The translations under genes and the position numbers were made by a program. From the NCBI GenBank assembly GCA_008632985.1, contig QPGO01000035.1, forward strand, positions 235,899-299,898: 64,000 nt of DNA. The letters run 5' to 3'. This DNA comes from Psammoneis japonica. Lineage: Eukaryota. Shown piece after piece: positions 36,100 through 49,760 of the stretch. The notes beneath the pieces are model-generated. The model searched no databases. It had not been told where the DNA came from and was given only the letters and a program-made list of their open reading frames with translations. How positions within the stretch are numbered: the stretch's first letter is position 1; the number at the start of each line of letters is the position of its first letter.

Positions 36100-37250
36100 A
36101 TTGGTGTGCACGGCCTTTGTTTTGCTCTCCATCTTGCGGTTTGAGTCACGCCCTTGTGGCTGTGCTGCTGTGAAGCAGCCTGCCTGGCTGAGGAGTGCCA
36201 GAGCAGAGCCTTCTCTTGGCGCTTGCAAGACAGCATCTCACACCAAGCTCAGCGCCCTTTTCTTTGGATTGCACACGACTGGGCTGGAAGCTGTGGGGAC
36301 AAGAGCAGTGCACAAAGCTGGCAGTGGCAAAATTTCCTCTTGACAGCAGCTCAGCTCTTTTCCTTCCTTCTGCCAAGAGGTGCTTCTTGTCTTGGCCGCT
36401 TTTGTCCCCCCGCCGCAAAGAGAGCGAGAAGACACTTTGAAGGAGGCACTTGCATTGGCTGCAGCATTGAGCCACTTGTCAACAGTGGTTGTTGGCATGG
36501 TGTGTGTGACACAATGTGTGCTGTGCAGCGCCGATGATGGCTTGCTCGAAAGACGACAAAGTGCGCTCATTTTTGCAAACCTTGTGTCTGCAGATGACAT
36601 GTGCACAGAGGCAAGTGCTGCAGCTGGAGTCTGCAGTGTGCCCACTGCAGGCTGAGATGTTGGCTCATGTGGCCTTTGTCATTTTTTGGAAGGTGGGGTG
36701 ACGCCCCTTGTCAGCTTTTCAGCTGTGCACGGCAAAGAACCACTGGTGTGCTTGCAAGCGCACAATTTTTCGCTGCACAGCATCTTTGGTTCTCTGGGTG
36801 AGAAAAAGATGACTCAACAAAGGAGTGAGAGCTGGTGCAATGTGGTGCTCGTTCTTGATTTGTTGGAACATCTGGGTTGCGGGAAATGCGAGGAAGAACC
36901 CGGGTGCCCCACCTTTCAGTTTTCTCTCACTTTTTGGAGTGAATTGCTTTTTGTTTGTTGCAGGGCATCACACTGGCACCTGCTGCGTCGTGAGTTTGAA
37001 GCCTGTGTCAATGGCTTCTTGGCAACTTGGCAACCCAAGAGCAGCATGGGAAGCCCAACAGAATTTCTTTTTGGTGTCTTGGCTGTTTTTTTTTTGCAGA
37101 CTGCAAGAGCCGTGTGGTTCAGCAAAGTCAAATTTGAGTTGCTGTTTTGTCTGCTTGGCATGTTTGCCAAAGGGGCCAGACCTCCACCCTCGAAGCTGGA
37201 TGGCGGGGAAAGCAAAAAGACAACGAAAATTTGTTCATGTGCTCCCAATT
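36100..37250. repeat. TpA-depleted decayed repeat fragment
   Basis: TA essentially absent between 36040 and 37249. Confidence 0.6.
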
Positions 37251-37634
37251 AGATCGTGCGCCCAACCACTGTGTGCTTCCAACACGAACGCAACGCTTGC
37301 GTTGGGTCTTGCTTTTTGGCTGCGGGTCGTGCGCGAAATGTCCAAGCAGACCACCGCGGATGCACGGCGCTTCAGTATATCATCTTGGCATCTCACAAAA
37401 CTCAACGCATGGGAAAATTGAAAATAAATGCACCCAGTCGTGCCAAGCAAGTTTGGTCATAAGAACGTGAAATCCACTCCACATTTCAAAAAGTTTCCAC
37501 TCACAATTCACAAAGGTGCAAGATTGGTAAGTCGATTACGAGTAACAGAGTCGCATCCCCCACCTCCTTTGCTCGACTCACAGCTGTCAATTGCATCTCA
37601 TTGTGCATGTAAACTTGTCCCACAGTCCATCACA

Positions 37635-38570
37635 ATGAAGTTTTCAATCATTATTCCTCATCTCATGGCGTTGGCTTTGGCCACCATGACCACTGAAGCC
37701 ATTGACACTGAATCTCTTTATGGCAAGACATCCCCTGACGCGAAAACCGCCGAGACGGTTGGCGAGACGCGCAATCTATCTCGTGGTCGTCAAGGATACT
37801 ACGAAGGTAAAGGTTACGAAGGCAAGGGATACGAGTACGCCAAAGGAAAGGGGTATGAGAGTGCCAAAGGGAAGGGACACAGCAGATCAAAGAGCAAAGG
37901 TAAAGGTGGCCAAAATAAAGGCAAAGGCCGAGGTCGAGGTCGACATGGTTCTAGCAAAGGCGTTGGCTACAAAGTCTTTGAGGTGCCGTTCTTCCAAAAG
38001 TTAGCAAATGTGGCAATCCCACCTTTTGGCATTGACGATGAGGCAGACTTGGTGCTTGCGGGATCGAGATTCTTATGGGCTGACGACATTTTTGATACTC
38101 GCCACCCTTTCGATCCGATCGGTAGGGTCAGGGGCGAGTGTGTGAGGTTGATTGATGCCGATTGGGATAGGAACGCAACCAATACCACGTTCGATGCATC
38201 CACCGCACTGTGCAGATTTGTGTACACTTTTGAGGAGGATTGTGGTATTGTCGCTGTTGGAGAGATTCAAGACCTCGTGGGTGGTCTCCTTGCGGTGACG
38301 GGAGGCACGGGAGCATGTACTGATGCCTCTGGAAATCTCGATTTCCTGATCAACGATAATGAGCTGTCGGGCGATGACTTGTTCATTGACGCACACGATT
38401 ATGCTGGTCTTGCCCAGTTTGCCGTCGCTCATTTAGATTATGACAGCAAGGCGTGCAAGTGTGTCCAAGGACCTCCTACTCCTACGCCTCGTCCCTCCAG
38501 TGTCCAAGTGCCAACGGTCACACCTACAGAAATGCCTACAGCGATTCCACCGCTTCCACCGGCTCCATAA
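37635..38570 (+). CDS. Secreted protein: signal peptide, RXL site, Lys/Gly/Tyr-rich repeats, dirigent/allene-oxide-cyclase-like beta domain, Pro/Thr tail
   Basis: MKFSIIIPHLMALALATMTTEA; RNL; YEGKG/AKGKG repeats; IGRVRGECVR and LAVTGGTG...ASG; PTPTPRP..PTEMPT. Confidence 0.8.
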   Translation: MKFSIIIPHLMALALATMTTEAIDTESLYGKTSPDAKTAETVGETRNLSRGRQGYYEGKGYEGKGYEYAKGKGYESAKGKGHSRSKSKGKGGQNKGKGRGRGRHGSSKGVGYKVFEVPFFQKLANVAIPPFGIDDEADLVLAGSRFLWADDIFDTRHPFDPIGRVRGECVRLIDADWDRNATNTTFDASTALCRFVYTFEEDCGIVAVGEIQDLVGGLLAVTGGTGACTDASGNLDFLINDNELSGDDLFIDAHDYAGLAQFAVAHLDYDSKACKCVQGPPTPTPRPSSVQVPTVTPTEMPTAIPPLPPAP

Positions 38571-38656
38571 TAATTCATAAAATAGGATTGAACAGACCAT
38601 TGGACATCATTCTCTTCTACTCCTATTCTACTGGTACACTTTATCAAGACCAATAT

Positions 38657-39365
38657 CTACAATGAGAATACGCTGGGTTCTCTCTTCTCTCCAACACTCT
38701 CCATGGTCGAGACGAGAGAATGGACCCTGCAAAAAAAGAAGAGAGGCCTATAATGCCCGTGTTGTGGGCACTTGATACCGGCTTGAAAACCATGGATCCA
38801 ACGGAGGGTAGTTTTCTGCATTGGCGGTATCACCAAGGCATGATATAATAGATTAACACTCGAGTCCAAGCGTCATGAATAGCCTCGTCCAGAATGGGTC
38901 GCCACGAGTTGTTTTTTGCCTTTGGTGCATCGGGTAAAATTCTGTACAATCGATAACGAATGCTACCTTCTATCTTGCCATCAACATTGCAGCTCATTTT
39001 GATTGACAAAACAACCAATCGCCAAAACCTGGAGATCCCGGAGACTCTCTAGTCGGACTATAGAAAATCGCTGTGCAGTAATTGCGGTACTTTGGATCCT
39101 CCGTGTTGCACTCAACACGACAGTATTTGGAGCGATTCTCTAGGACTGCATCAATCACAACATGATCTCTCTCGAAATCCTGGATGAAAGCAAGTGAGTG
39201 AGAGCCCCTTTTGCACAAGTTTTCAGGGTTTTCCTCTTGAATGCACTCTAACTTCGACCTCAAGGATCGTTTAGAACCAAGATGATTCACAGCAAAAGAT
39301 GTTGCCACGCATGATTGTTCGTGACAGCAGTCGTTGTGGGCGTGGTTCGTGCACGAGAAACCCAA
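38657..39365 (-). pseudogene. Possible frameshifted coding remnant of unknown function
   Basis: Three overlapping minus-strand ORFs with protein-like composition in normal-TA DNA, immediately left of the CACTG insertion. No family recognised. Confidence 0.25.
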
Positions 39366-39473
39366 AGCATTGTCGTTTCAGTGAGGAATGACAAGCGGAG
39401 CACGACACAGACGGCGGCCACAACGTTGCTGCAAAGCAAGGTGTTCATTGTGTTGTGTCATGGTCTATCTCTC

Positions 39474-39496
39474 CACTGCAGATGAGATTCTCTTTA
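39474..39496 (+). repeat. Left TIR of CACTG element
   Basis: Inverted match to 59380-59402 with 3 mismatches. Confidence 0.82.
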
Positions 39497-41489
39497 CTAC
39501 GAAATACCTAACAATTGTCATAATCAAAAGTTGCAAATTTCTTTTACAATTTTTCAGTCAACCTCAACAAAAGTTCTACAAAATTTGCGAGCTTCGCTCT
39601 CGTACACATGTACGTACGGCTAGTACTCTGACGTCATGTGATGGCGGCAAGAATCATCAAAACTGATTCCATCAAACCAAAACGAGCAATGATCGTCTCA
39701 TTGCGACGAGGAAATGGAAGCAGCAATGCTGTAGACTACACAATATACAATGCAGAATGACCCTGCGGATCAAAGGGCTTCTGCCCGTATTGCCATTAGG
39801 GCACACAGAGAGCTCGGAATGACACGTGCGCGGCTTCCCGACCCATCTTATGTGGTGCATGCCCAGGGCATCCAGTTTGGTTCCGCGAAGCTGGACTGCA
39901 GCAATTCTTCAATGGTGACGACATCACTGTATCAATGCGATTTATTGAGGCGAGTAGGAGGTACAGACCAATTTGCATTTGCTGATTTTGTCAACCAGGT
40001 GCTGTCTTCAATCGAGGTGAACCCAATTGCCGGTTTGGACGACCCACCGAATTGTGATGTGGGACAATCTCAACTCGCATCTCACTCCACTCGTAACCCA
40101 AACAGTGGAGGGTCGCAACACTCCAGGACATCACTTTCAAATGGCCCAGAGACCACCCCACTAGCCCAAGGATGGTCCTGTGGAGCATGCCATTTGCCAG
40201 ATCCCCTCACGGACCGGCTTTTTTCCCATCAACAGCCTCCACGATCTGGAGCAACAAATGATCTACACGGTTGCCGCCCAAGAGTTGCACGGCATTGCCA
40301 ACACCTTCCACAACTGTGGCCACATTTGGAACTGGTGTGACAGAACAAGAAAAAATAGATGGAGGCCAACTCCACAATGCTTTTTGCCACTCGGTGGAAT
40401 GTCAGTCCAACATCGACTGGTGTTGACAGCTTGTGCTGCTGCCGGCATCGTGAGAGGTGCCAACAAATGGATGCTCTTTTTCAGTCAAGTCTGCCATGCA
40501 GCCCATTGCTCTGTTGGATGCAGCAGCAAATCCTGCAACGCCAAGTCTCAAGTCCTTCCGCGGCGACATCATGGTGGCTCCTGCTCTCGTCGCCACCTTG
40601 ACTGGCATCCATCATGCCATTCCCAATGTTGTCTCCAATGACACCTTGCAGCATTTCAAGCTGCCTCTGTGGTGCAGCCCCAGCAGCCTGAGTCTCAAAA
40701 TCATTTGGACGCTTTTCAAGGCAGGCATCCTTCATGATTTTGGTTCTCTGGGTGCAGAAAAACAGAAATCACAGCATCAGCAGAGCCACAATGAAAAGAA
40801 CATGCAAACAACACCGCCTTCAATGGACTTGCCTTGTGCATTGTGCAGCTTGCATCGCATGGGCAGCAACAAATGGCACAAGAACACACCCGTCCAGTCT
40901 GCGTTCCAGCTGCGTTTGCGTGCCGCCGCCGTTGCACCCGACATTTTGAGATTGTGGATCTCGGCGACAGCATGCTCCTCTGTCAGTCCTTGGAAGTTAG
41001 CCTTTGCAGGCCTCTCCACAAATGCCACCAATGGCTTGCGTTTGTTTTCTATCTTCATCACACTGCTTCCTTTCAGTGCGGTGAAGCCGATGTCGTCTTC
41101 AACACGACGACTCAACACGACCCTGCATGCAGCTCAACCGACGTCTGCTCTGGTGGCGGTTGAGTGGATGCTGCAGATTCATCCCCGGCATGATTGGGGA
41201 TGCCTCTCGTGCCTGCATTGACAATGGAAATGTTTGTTGGGAGCTGTGACATTGTTTGTCAAGAGTGTGGACAAGACGAGCAACGCCATCGTCAACCTTG
41301 ACTGCGGATAAATTCTGGTGTTTTTCTTGGTCTGCCAGTCGTCAGAATCAAGTGCACTGAGAAGTCCGCAGGTTCTACGTGATGCCAAAACCGCACCACT
41401 TTAGTTGAACTTTTGTTGAGGTTGACTGAAAAATTGTAAAAGAAATTTGCTGCTTTTAATTGTGACAATTGTTGGGCATTTCGCAGTGT

Positions 41490-41740
41490 TTGTGCTCTGA
41501 ACATTTTAATCAGAGCAAAGCTTTGTTTAAATCATCACGTCACAATGCGGCACATTCAGAGCAAAGTGCAGTTGATCAAGGCCAAAACGCCTGCGCAGAG
41601 CACAATCAGAGCAAATTTGGTTGTTCGGAGCTCAAGAAATTTGTTCAGAGCATTGCACTCAGAGCATGATTTTGCAAATTAGAGCACTGAGCTAACATTC
41701 AGAGCATTGCTGTGATCATGAGCCAACATTCAGAGCGTTG
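41490..41740. repeat. Cluster of short CAGAGCA/TGCTCTG repeats
   Basis: Many (T/A)CAGAGCA copies; the same motif also occurs at 42280-42460 and 59120-59370. Confidence 0.6.
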
Positions 41741-44700
41741 CTGCGATTGTTTCCATTTGAGGCTGGATCGATGTTTAGCACTGTTTTTTTAAACAGCTCG
41801 TGATGATTTTCGAATTTCCCCGTGCTTCGCCCGTGTCATTTTGCGAAGCCTCTGAGCACCCCCAAACACATGTGAGTGTGTCCAGCCCCCATCAGGGCTG
41901 TTGGACCTTCATGTGGACTGCACATGTCAACCTTCAAATGCCAATTGTCGCACTTGCCTCGGTTGTTGTATGCGAGAAACCGCCATTTTCCGCCAAAAAT
42001 CGGACTGTTGCAGTGGACAAGCCACAACTTTCCAGGAAATGCCGACAATTGGCGTTTGACCGGCTGTGGACATGTCTGCAGTCGTCAAGCCACACATCGC
42101 GCATGGTCGCAATCGTCATGTGTGCATTCTGTGTTGTCTTACAAACAGACAAAGTTCGAGCTGTCGCTGATTTTGTTTTTGGCGAATGCGCGCATCATTG
42201 GTGCATCAAATCCGGGTTGTTTTTAAACATTTGCGAGCTCCAAATGAAATCGACCGCTAAACATCGATCCATCCTTAATCAGAGCATGACTCTGAACATG
42301 TTTTGAAAGCGCCCCACCATTTCCATTTAATTGCAGCACAACCGCTCACACTCTGAATGACGTTGGGATGCCCATTTGAACAGAGCACAACTCTTGACAA
42401 AGTTGTCGATGCTCCGAACAACCTCTTTTGGATGACAACAAGCCACGCAGTGCTCTGAATGACTTTCATTTAAGAAGCTGTGCTTCAATTAACTGTGGTT
42501 GACAAACACATCCGCCAAACTCCGACATCCTGTCGTTGCGGCGATGTGCTGCGTCACTGCGACAATTTGTTCTCATCGTTGCGTGTCCTCGTCCGTCGGC
42601 ACTGTCGTTTGTCAGATGCCGCTGACATGGCCTTTTGATGACACTCCTGACACAATGCAAACATGCAATTGCAAGAACCATTCAATGCATTCATGCAAAC
42701 CCACACCACCTTTCTTTTTCCCACCTTGCAAATGCTTGATCCAAAAACAATGTCACACTTGTTGCCGCAGCACTTTGTTGGGAAGAGTGGGTTTGTTTTG
42801 AAGCATGCTTGAGTGAAACATTTTCCATCATCTTGGTGGACCAAGGCATGGATCAAGTGAGCCTCCTCACACTTGCACTGTGAACACAGACAAAGAAGTG
42901 CAATTGGTTGGCGTGCGTGGACCAGACAAATCAACAACAAGGCATCAACAACATTCGTTCTCTACCTGGGAATTGCAATCAGTTGCTTCATTGGCTCCAG
43001 CAATGACGTGTGTTGTGCTTTTATGGTGACGTTTCTTCGTTGCCTCATTTTGTGACAAACAAAAAAAGTGAGAAGTGCGTTTCCAACATTTTGCGCACAA
43101 TCCATGTGTGTTTTCTTCATGCACTCTTGCCGTTTTTGTTTGCAATTGATCCAATGGCACAGACGGATTGTCCGGTTGAGTCTGTCAAAATGTGCCGGCA
43201 TGACGCCAATTGAAGGCCGTGAGATCAATTTCTCAATTTCAAACCGGAGCAACGACAATGCTCTCACCTTTTTATTTGCGCCATTGACAATCATTGCATT
43301 TGCCTTTCTCATGACAAACAACGAATGTTTGAGATGTGCCCAATCAATTGCACAATTGGTCACAAGACAACATGTGATCTTGCCATCTTCGGTGGCACCA
43401 TCCTCCACGTTTCAGTCACTGGGTGTGGTTGAGTCTGGTTTCCAGCAACACAATGACGCCAAGTTAGAGCAACAACCCACATCGGCAACTGGAGCACCAA
43501 CAATGCTCTCACCTTAAAATTCGCGCCTGTGGCAACTGCCTTGTCCGCCTCAGCACAAACGATGACAGCTGCGTGAGATGCAATCATGTGCAACAATCCT
43601 CACAACTGCGTGTTTGCTCACCCTTTCTTTTTGTGCTCGCTCCATCATTGTTTCAGGCATTGGTGATGGTTGAGTCTGGCAAGCAGCAACACAATGACGA
43701 CAATTGATCAAAGCAACAATCTACATCGACAACTGCTGAAACACCAACAAGGTCCTCACCTTTTGTTTTTCACCAGTGGACGCAATCTCATTTGCCTTTG
43801 CATGAAGAACCGCATCGTGAGCAGTGTGCAACCAACAGCCCTTGTGCATTCGCAGAACAACAATGTGTGCTCACCGCGTCAGTCTTCCTTTTCTCTTGCT
43901 CCGTTGTGCAACAAGGGAGCGCAGACAACCGGGCCTGACAAGCAACACAAGCCGTCAAAGCTGAAGTTGGTTGGAGCCATCATGCACTGCACAGCAAACA
44001 GAGCACAACAAATGTCATTTGGTCACCTGTGGTGCCACTTCTGCAAACTCCTGGGTGGCATCCTCATCATGTCCCCAAGGATTGTTGTCGTCCCAACCAC
44101 AGTTGTGCGTTCCTGCAAAATCATCACGGGGAGGAGTGAGCTCTGCCTCCTTCTCTTGCTCAGTGCAGTGCCCCCTTGCCCCAAGTTGGGGTGTGCCATT
44201 CAGCGCACTGTCCGTGGTGAGTGTTGACATCAGAGTTTCGGGCTCATGTTGCTGGTCAATCACAATCTCTTCGTTTGCCAATTCGGGGGAACTGGCGACT
44301 GTCATGCTTCCACGAATGGACTGCAGCAAATCTCCCTTGGACAGGGGAACTCCCATTTGTTCTGACAAAATGCTGGCTGTTTTTGTCAGGTCCACCAGGG
44401 ACGCAATGTCGACTTCTTGGCTTGATGTTCCCTCAGCAACTTGTTTTGATGTGTCGGTGATCTCTGCCTGTTGTCAAACACCGGCAATGAAAACGCAGTC
44501 GCAAACCAAACAAGTTTGTGACACCACAAGGAATTGCAATGTAAAGAGATTTACTCACCGCAATTTGTTTCATCGTCACTGCGTAAAACTTTGCTTTCAC
44601 ATTTGTTGCAACGGCAACGGCGTCACAAGTTTCACCTCCCTTTTCCTTGTTGGTTTTGTGCCTTGTAGTTGCCACACACCAGCCCGTTTTTCGCAGCATG

Positions 44701-45960
44701 AACTCCACAAACGTTCCAATTATTTGACACTTTGCTTGGCGTGCCACAACTGTGAACCCACCTCTGTCATCACGACACACTTTCCGAGGTTTGCTGGAGT
44801 CGTTGTTGGTGGGCGCCAACAGTGTCATGTCATTTGCGGCGAACCATTTGTCAATGGCAGCAGCAAGCCATCCTCTGTTTTGATGAAATGCGTGGAAGAC
44901 TTGACAAACGAGCTGCTGGTTCTTGGCTGTGTTGTCCATGCAGGCCAAAATGTTCTTGAAGTCTTGTGTGGTGACAGGCATTGCATTTGTCGATGGCATC
45001 ACCACCTTCTCAAGCATGGCAATCTTCCTGCAACCCTCCATGCATTGAGTCATGACAAATGATCGAAGTGATGACCAGATTTCGGCCACCTCTTGCAGCA
45101 TCTTTTTGCCACTGGGCGGCTCCGTCTCTGCCACCCCAACTGCTGGTCGCGCCTTTCGGTGCTGCCACAAAAGAGCAGCCTCACCATCATTGGCGGCGCT
45201 GGCCCCCGTTGTTGGATGGAGAAAGTTTCTTGGACACTCCAAGGTGCGCGTGGGTGATGGCAATTCATCGCCTGCATCCATTCCAGCAACATCACACCGT
45301 TGGTCAGTTCACAATTAGATTCCAAATGCACGCTTCAATTTCAACAGCACTTGCCTGTGTTTCTCGCTGCTGAAGTGTCTCTCCTTGACAAGGTGAGGTT
45401 TCCCGATGTTGCAGTGCCTGTCCTCGACGTGGTTGACAGACCATTGGTTGCGACCGACGCCTGTGTTGGTTGAAATGAATTGATCATCGTGTGTTTCAGA
45501 CTTCATCTTTTTTTGTGGATTGTGCGGGGTGCCGGACAAGAATCTGTTTGACACAACTCCAGAAATCACGGTTGCATGTTCTCATTGCACGCAATTTGAG
45601 TTACATCAGGTTTTATTCTTGTCCTCATGTGTTGATTTTTTCAATGATGTGCCAATGTTCTGACAAAGTTTTCTCATCATGTTGAGCCATTGTGTTGAGA
45701 AAATTGTTCTTTCCGTCAGTTTGCACCCCAAACAAAAATTGGATTCTCATCACTTGACTTTTAAAAGTGAGGTTTTCTTTGAGTGACATTTGTGGGTTCT
45801 CATCCGTCAGGTTTTGAAAGTGCTTGTTTTCACATGCGTGGTTCCATGCATGCATTGCAAAAACACGATTGCCTTGGGGCGGGTGGGATGACACGAGCGT
45901 GCGCATGCACTCCCTCTCCACATGTGCACAGTGGTGACCCATGCGTGCAGTGTTGCTTCA

Positions 45961-46055
45961 GATTGAGAGCACTTCTGGTGCTCCACCTCATTTTTCACAA
46001 ATGTCCCTTGGATTGAGAGCACTTCCGCTGCTCCACCTCATTGTCCACATGTCCT
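45961..46055 (+). repeat. ~50-bp tandem duplication
   Basis: GATTGAGAGCACTTC....TGCTCCACCTCATT occurs at 45961 and 46011. Confidence 0.75.
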
Positions 46056-46830
46056 CCAAGGCGCACCCCAGTTTTGCCAAACAACGCCAATGACAGAACA
46101 GCCATCAGTCATTTCTGTCGTTCCCGTTGCTTCCACGATGCCATGGATGACATGGCAAACAATTGGGGGTGCAAACTTGTTGTCATCAGCGAGCGTGGCT
46201 CAAAACGCAACGTCGACGAGTTGTTGCATTCTTCCATGGACCCAGGCCATCAGAAACAATTGGAAGAGCCAACCCATCATCACTTTGATGGGAAATTGCT
46301 GCTCTACAAAGTGTTGCCCAATGGCTCTGATGCCAATCTGTTTGCAATTAACTCGGTGACGGGGGGCCACAACGACGGATGTTTGATTGCCTGCGGAAGT
46401 CATGTTGCCGGAGATTGTGGACCGATCCACTGTTGGACCACCAGCACGTTCAGTTCAGAACATGGTCCCAGCACAGTGATGAGCCCGGACGATGCATTCA
46501 ACTCATTCACACGCAATCACACCATTGCGCTTCCACATCACACACCAGGAACTCTCAGCTCGGCGAGTCTCTGTGAGCATGAAAAGGACTGTCTTGATTG
46601 CACTCATCTCCGTTGTTTGACGCAGGCTGCAAAGAAGGTGCCAACCACTGCTTTGTTTTTGGAACTTGTGCTGGCAAACAATGGCGCCACGCTCAGTGAC
46701 GACTTTTTAGATTCTCTGGGTGTGTTGGCCAAACACCATTCTTTTAAGATCATCATGGACGAAATGATGATGGGTGGACGGAGCGGAAACATGTTGTCAT
46801 TCCTGGACAAACCCCAGCATTTTTTTTGAT
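46041..46830 (+). pseudogene. Class-III PLP aminotransferase-like cargo remnant
   Basis: ALFLELVLANNG....DDFLDSLGVLAKHHSFKIIMDEMMMGGRSG matches the class III pattern AxxxEPv...G...fl..l..l...h...I.DEv.TG.GRtG. Confidence 0.6.
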
Positions 46831-47359
46831 GCTGTTGCTTGTGTTGCTCTCGGACGCACATTTCTCATTTGACCATCACAGGTCCGTCTTGTGGGGGGTG
46901 TCAAAATGTCGTGCTTTGATGCGTCTCGAGGATTGATCGTCACATGATGCACTCAGCCATCAAGGTTGTGCAAAATTGAAAATTCACACATTGAAGCACG
47001 ATGTTTTGACATCCCCCGTGAGACAACCTGTGATGGTCAGACAAGAAATGTGCATGATCGGCTCACTGGAGGGACCCCAAAGACACCTTCATTTGCACTC
47101 AACAATCGATTTTGACCAAATGCACACTTTTTGCCGCACCCGAGTGTTGCCTGGTGAATCCGTGGATGCGGTGTTAATGTGCAACCGCACACAGATGAGG
47201 AAATGCGTGGCATGTGCAAATTGCTGCGTCATTTTGCGGAACAGCCTGTTGGCACCGCTTTCCAAACTGGGTGGTCATTGATGAATGTCCTTGGTGGCAA
47301 GCCTTCCTCAGAACCGCAGACGTGCAAACTGTTGCATGAAGCAGAAAAGGCAGGTCTCG

Positions 47360-48283
47360 TCAGCAAAACTTTGGTGACTCGCAAACACCTTCATGCATGG
47401 AAGTCGTTGCCGCCTGCCATTTTTCCCACCAAGAAGAATCAATTGACACTGTCGTTGGCCCAGCTTTTTTGTTTACGTTTGCCCAACCTTGTTTGGACAG
47501 CTTTTGGCAATCGGAAAAAAATGCTTCCTCCACGGCCTCTTTTGGGTCTTCCAGGAGTGCGTCCATTTCAAATGCGTCGTTTCCACAACACCAGTTCAAC
47601 CACTGAATGTCATTGGCAGGAAGAGCATGTTCATGATTAGAGTCAAAGATCCAGCCACTGTGCAAAGCGACGCAATGATTGTTTGTCAACCCACAAAGAA
47701 CAATGTCATTGGCTGTGTGGTTGGTCATGTCAAAGAAACCCTCCCTGCCTGCTGCCCACTTCTGACGCCTCTCGCACCGGCACCACTTTCTTGGTGTCAT
47801 CAGTGGAGGAAACAACTTGTGCTTTTCACCTGACAACATGCCTGCAGCGAACTCCAAACATTTGTTGTTCGTGTTCTCTGACTTGCAAGAATCATCCAGG
47901 TGTCTCACAATGTGTTGCTCCATTCTCTCATCTCCAATGTAACTCAGGACACCAGCCAGGCTCGAAAAAACGCACGTGTCTCTCCCCCCTTGTTGACATT
48001 TGACTGTGGGTCCAGAGTTGGGAAATTCCAGCTCGCTTTTATCCAAAATGTCACCCTCTGGCAGGCTGCACCATTTTTTTTTCCCTGGTTGCAAATCACA
48101 CATGGCCTTGCAAACTTCCGGACATCGCTTCTGAAAATTGGCTCTTGCCCACCCCACAGCAAAACACAATGGTTTCTTGTTGCTGCCAACCCCCATGAAA
48201 TGAGGTTTTCCCTCACCCCCTTCAAAATCATCATGCGCTGCCAGCCCCTTTCTTGCTCGTTCCAGCTCTGTCAGCCACCTCAC
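47360..48283 (-). pseudogene. Papain-fold cysteine-protease-like cargo remnant
   Basis: QQGGRDTCVFSSLA (Q..C helix) ... NNHCVAL.SGWIFDSN (H..D) arrangement. Confidence 0.5.
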
Positions 48284-49760
48284 TTTATGAACCTGACCTT
48301 CGTTTATCCTGTGTTTTGCTCTGGACGCGTTCCAGCCCTAGGTGGGAGCTCGTAGTGCTGACGTGTGACAACAACAATTTTTGTCATCCGTCGCATGTTT
48401 CGCACGTAGATTTCTGCGTGTGACATTTAAAAAAAATTGTCCAGACTCGCTGTTTTGCGAAGCCCCAGATGTTTTGTGCAGCAAATTTATAGAAACAACA
48501 ATGTGCCAGTTGCATTCTTCAATGTCTGAAGAATGTAACTGGCCAAGTAAAAAATGATGTGCTTCAATCATGTGCGAGTTTGTGCGTTCGCAAAATTGCC
48601 TCATTTTCTGTTGGCGATCATTGACATTTTAATTGCCGTGTGATTTTGCTGCGGAGCTCGCACGTAGAAGTCTGCGGGCCCAATGTCACACGGATTCCCA
48701 CCTGCGTCTGGAATGCGTCTCTGTTGCAAATTTGCCGCCTTTGTCTGCTGTTTAGATTTGCTCTTGTGTTTGGCACCTTTTCAGCCTTCTCAATGGCGTG
48801 TCAAACAAGGTTCATCGTTGCACCTCCGCACCTGTCGTTTTCCTCTCCAAAATGATCTTCGGCAAGTGTTCTGCCGTGCTTGCCATCTTCGAACCATCCA
48901 AATAAAACTTGTCCTTGGTGATCTACAGCATCACCTGGAACAGGATCCGTCCGTGAGGCCCGATCGATCCATTCGAAGTGACGCATCCTTCCAAAGTTTC
49001 TGGCATCCTCATAGAACGTCCTGGCGCTGTGATGCATGTCTTGATGTTGCTTCTCACAATCAGACAAAACCATTCGTTGTGATGTGAGGAGACCTTGATC
49101 TTCAGGTACCAAGTCCAACTCTTCCACCTCCAAATTGCCATCATCTCCCTTTTTTGGCTTTCCTGTTTTCTTGACGCTCTTCCTTTGACGTTGGTGGGCA
49201 AGCACCTCCTTTGCCAGCACTGTGAAATGACATTGTCGAAGCAACCGATTGATTTTGTGCCAATGCAGTTTTTCCGCTTCTTTGCACCAAACGGCAATGT
49301 GGTGCAAAGCTGGCTGAAAGAATGCTTTCTTGTCCAACACAACATTGCATTTTTCTGGGTCCCTTGAGGCAGATCTGTCATTCTGCACCGCACCAACCAG
49401 TTTTTCATGCACGGCACTTTTGCTTTGCGCAATGCAACTGTCGCACTTGCCCGGAACACACATCACATGATTGCAGTGATGGCTTGTTAGCACTGAAAAC
49501 AAAGCAGCAGCCGGTGACAGCCTCTCACGGTCATTGTGGCTGCAATCAATCTGCATCACCAAGTCACAGGTTTTGCACCTCAACAATGTCTTCAAGACAC
49601 ATTTGCCAGAGGGTCCATCCTCTCCCAATGGCATTTGCGACTCCATGTCATCATCCGAATCACTCCGACTCCTCTGGCGGCACTTGTGATTGAGAACGCA
49701 CTTCCGGTTGTCAGCTCCATTCTCCAACACTGGCTGGAACTTGCCGCGTGCACATTTTTC

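Noticed and set aside
41490..41740. CRISPR-like array
   Set aside because: The repeats are only ~7-11 bp and irregularly spaced, in a eukaryotic context with no cas genes.
43971..45062. 363-aa plus-strand ORF
   Set aside because: It is antisense to the more protein-like minus-strand remnants (44015-45281) and stays open because of stop depletion.
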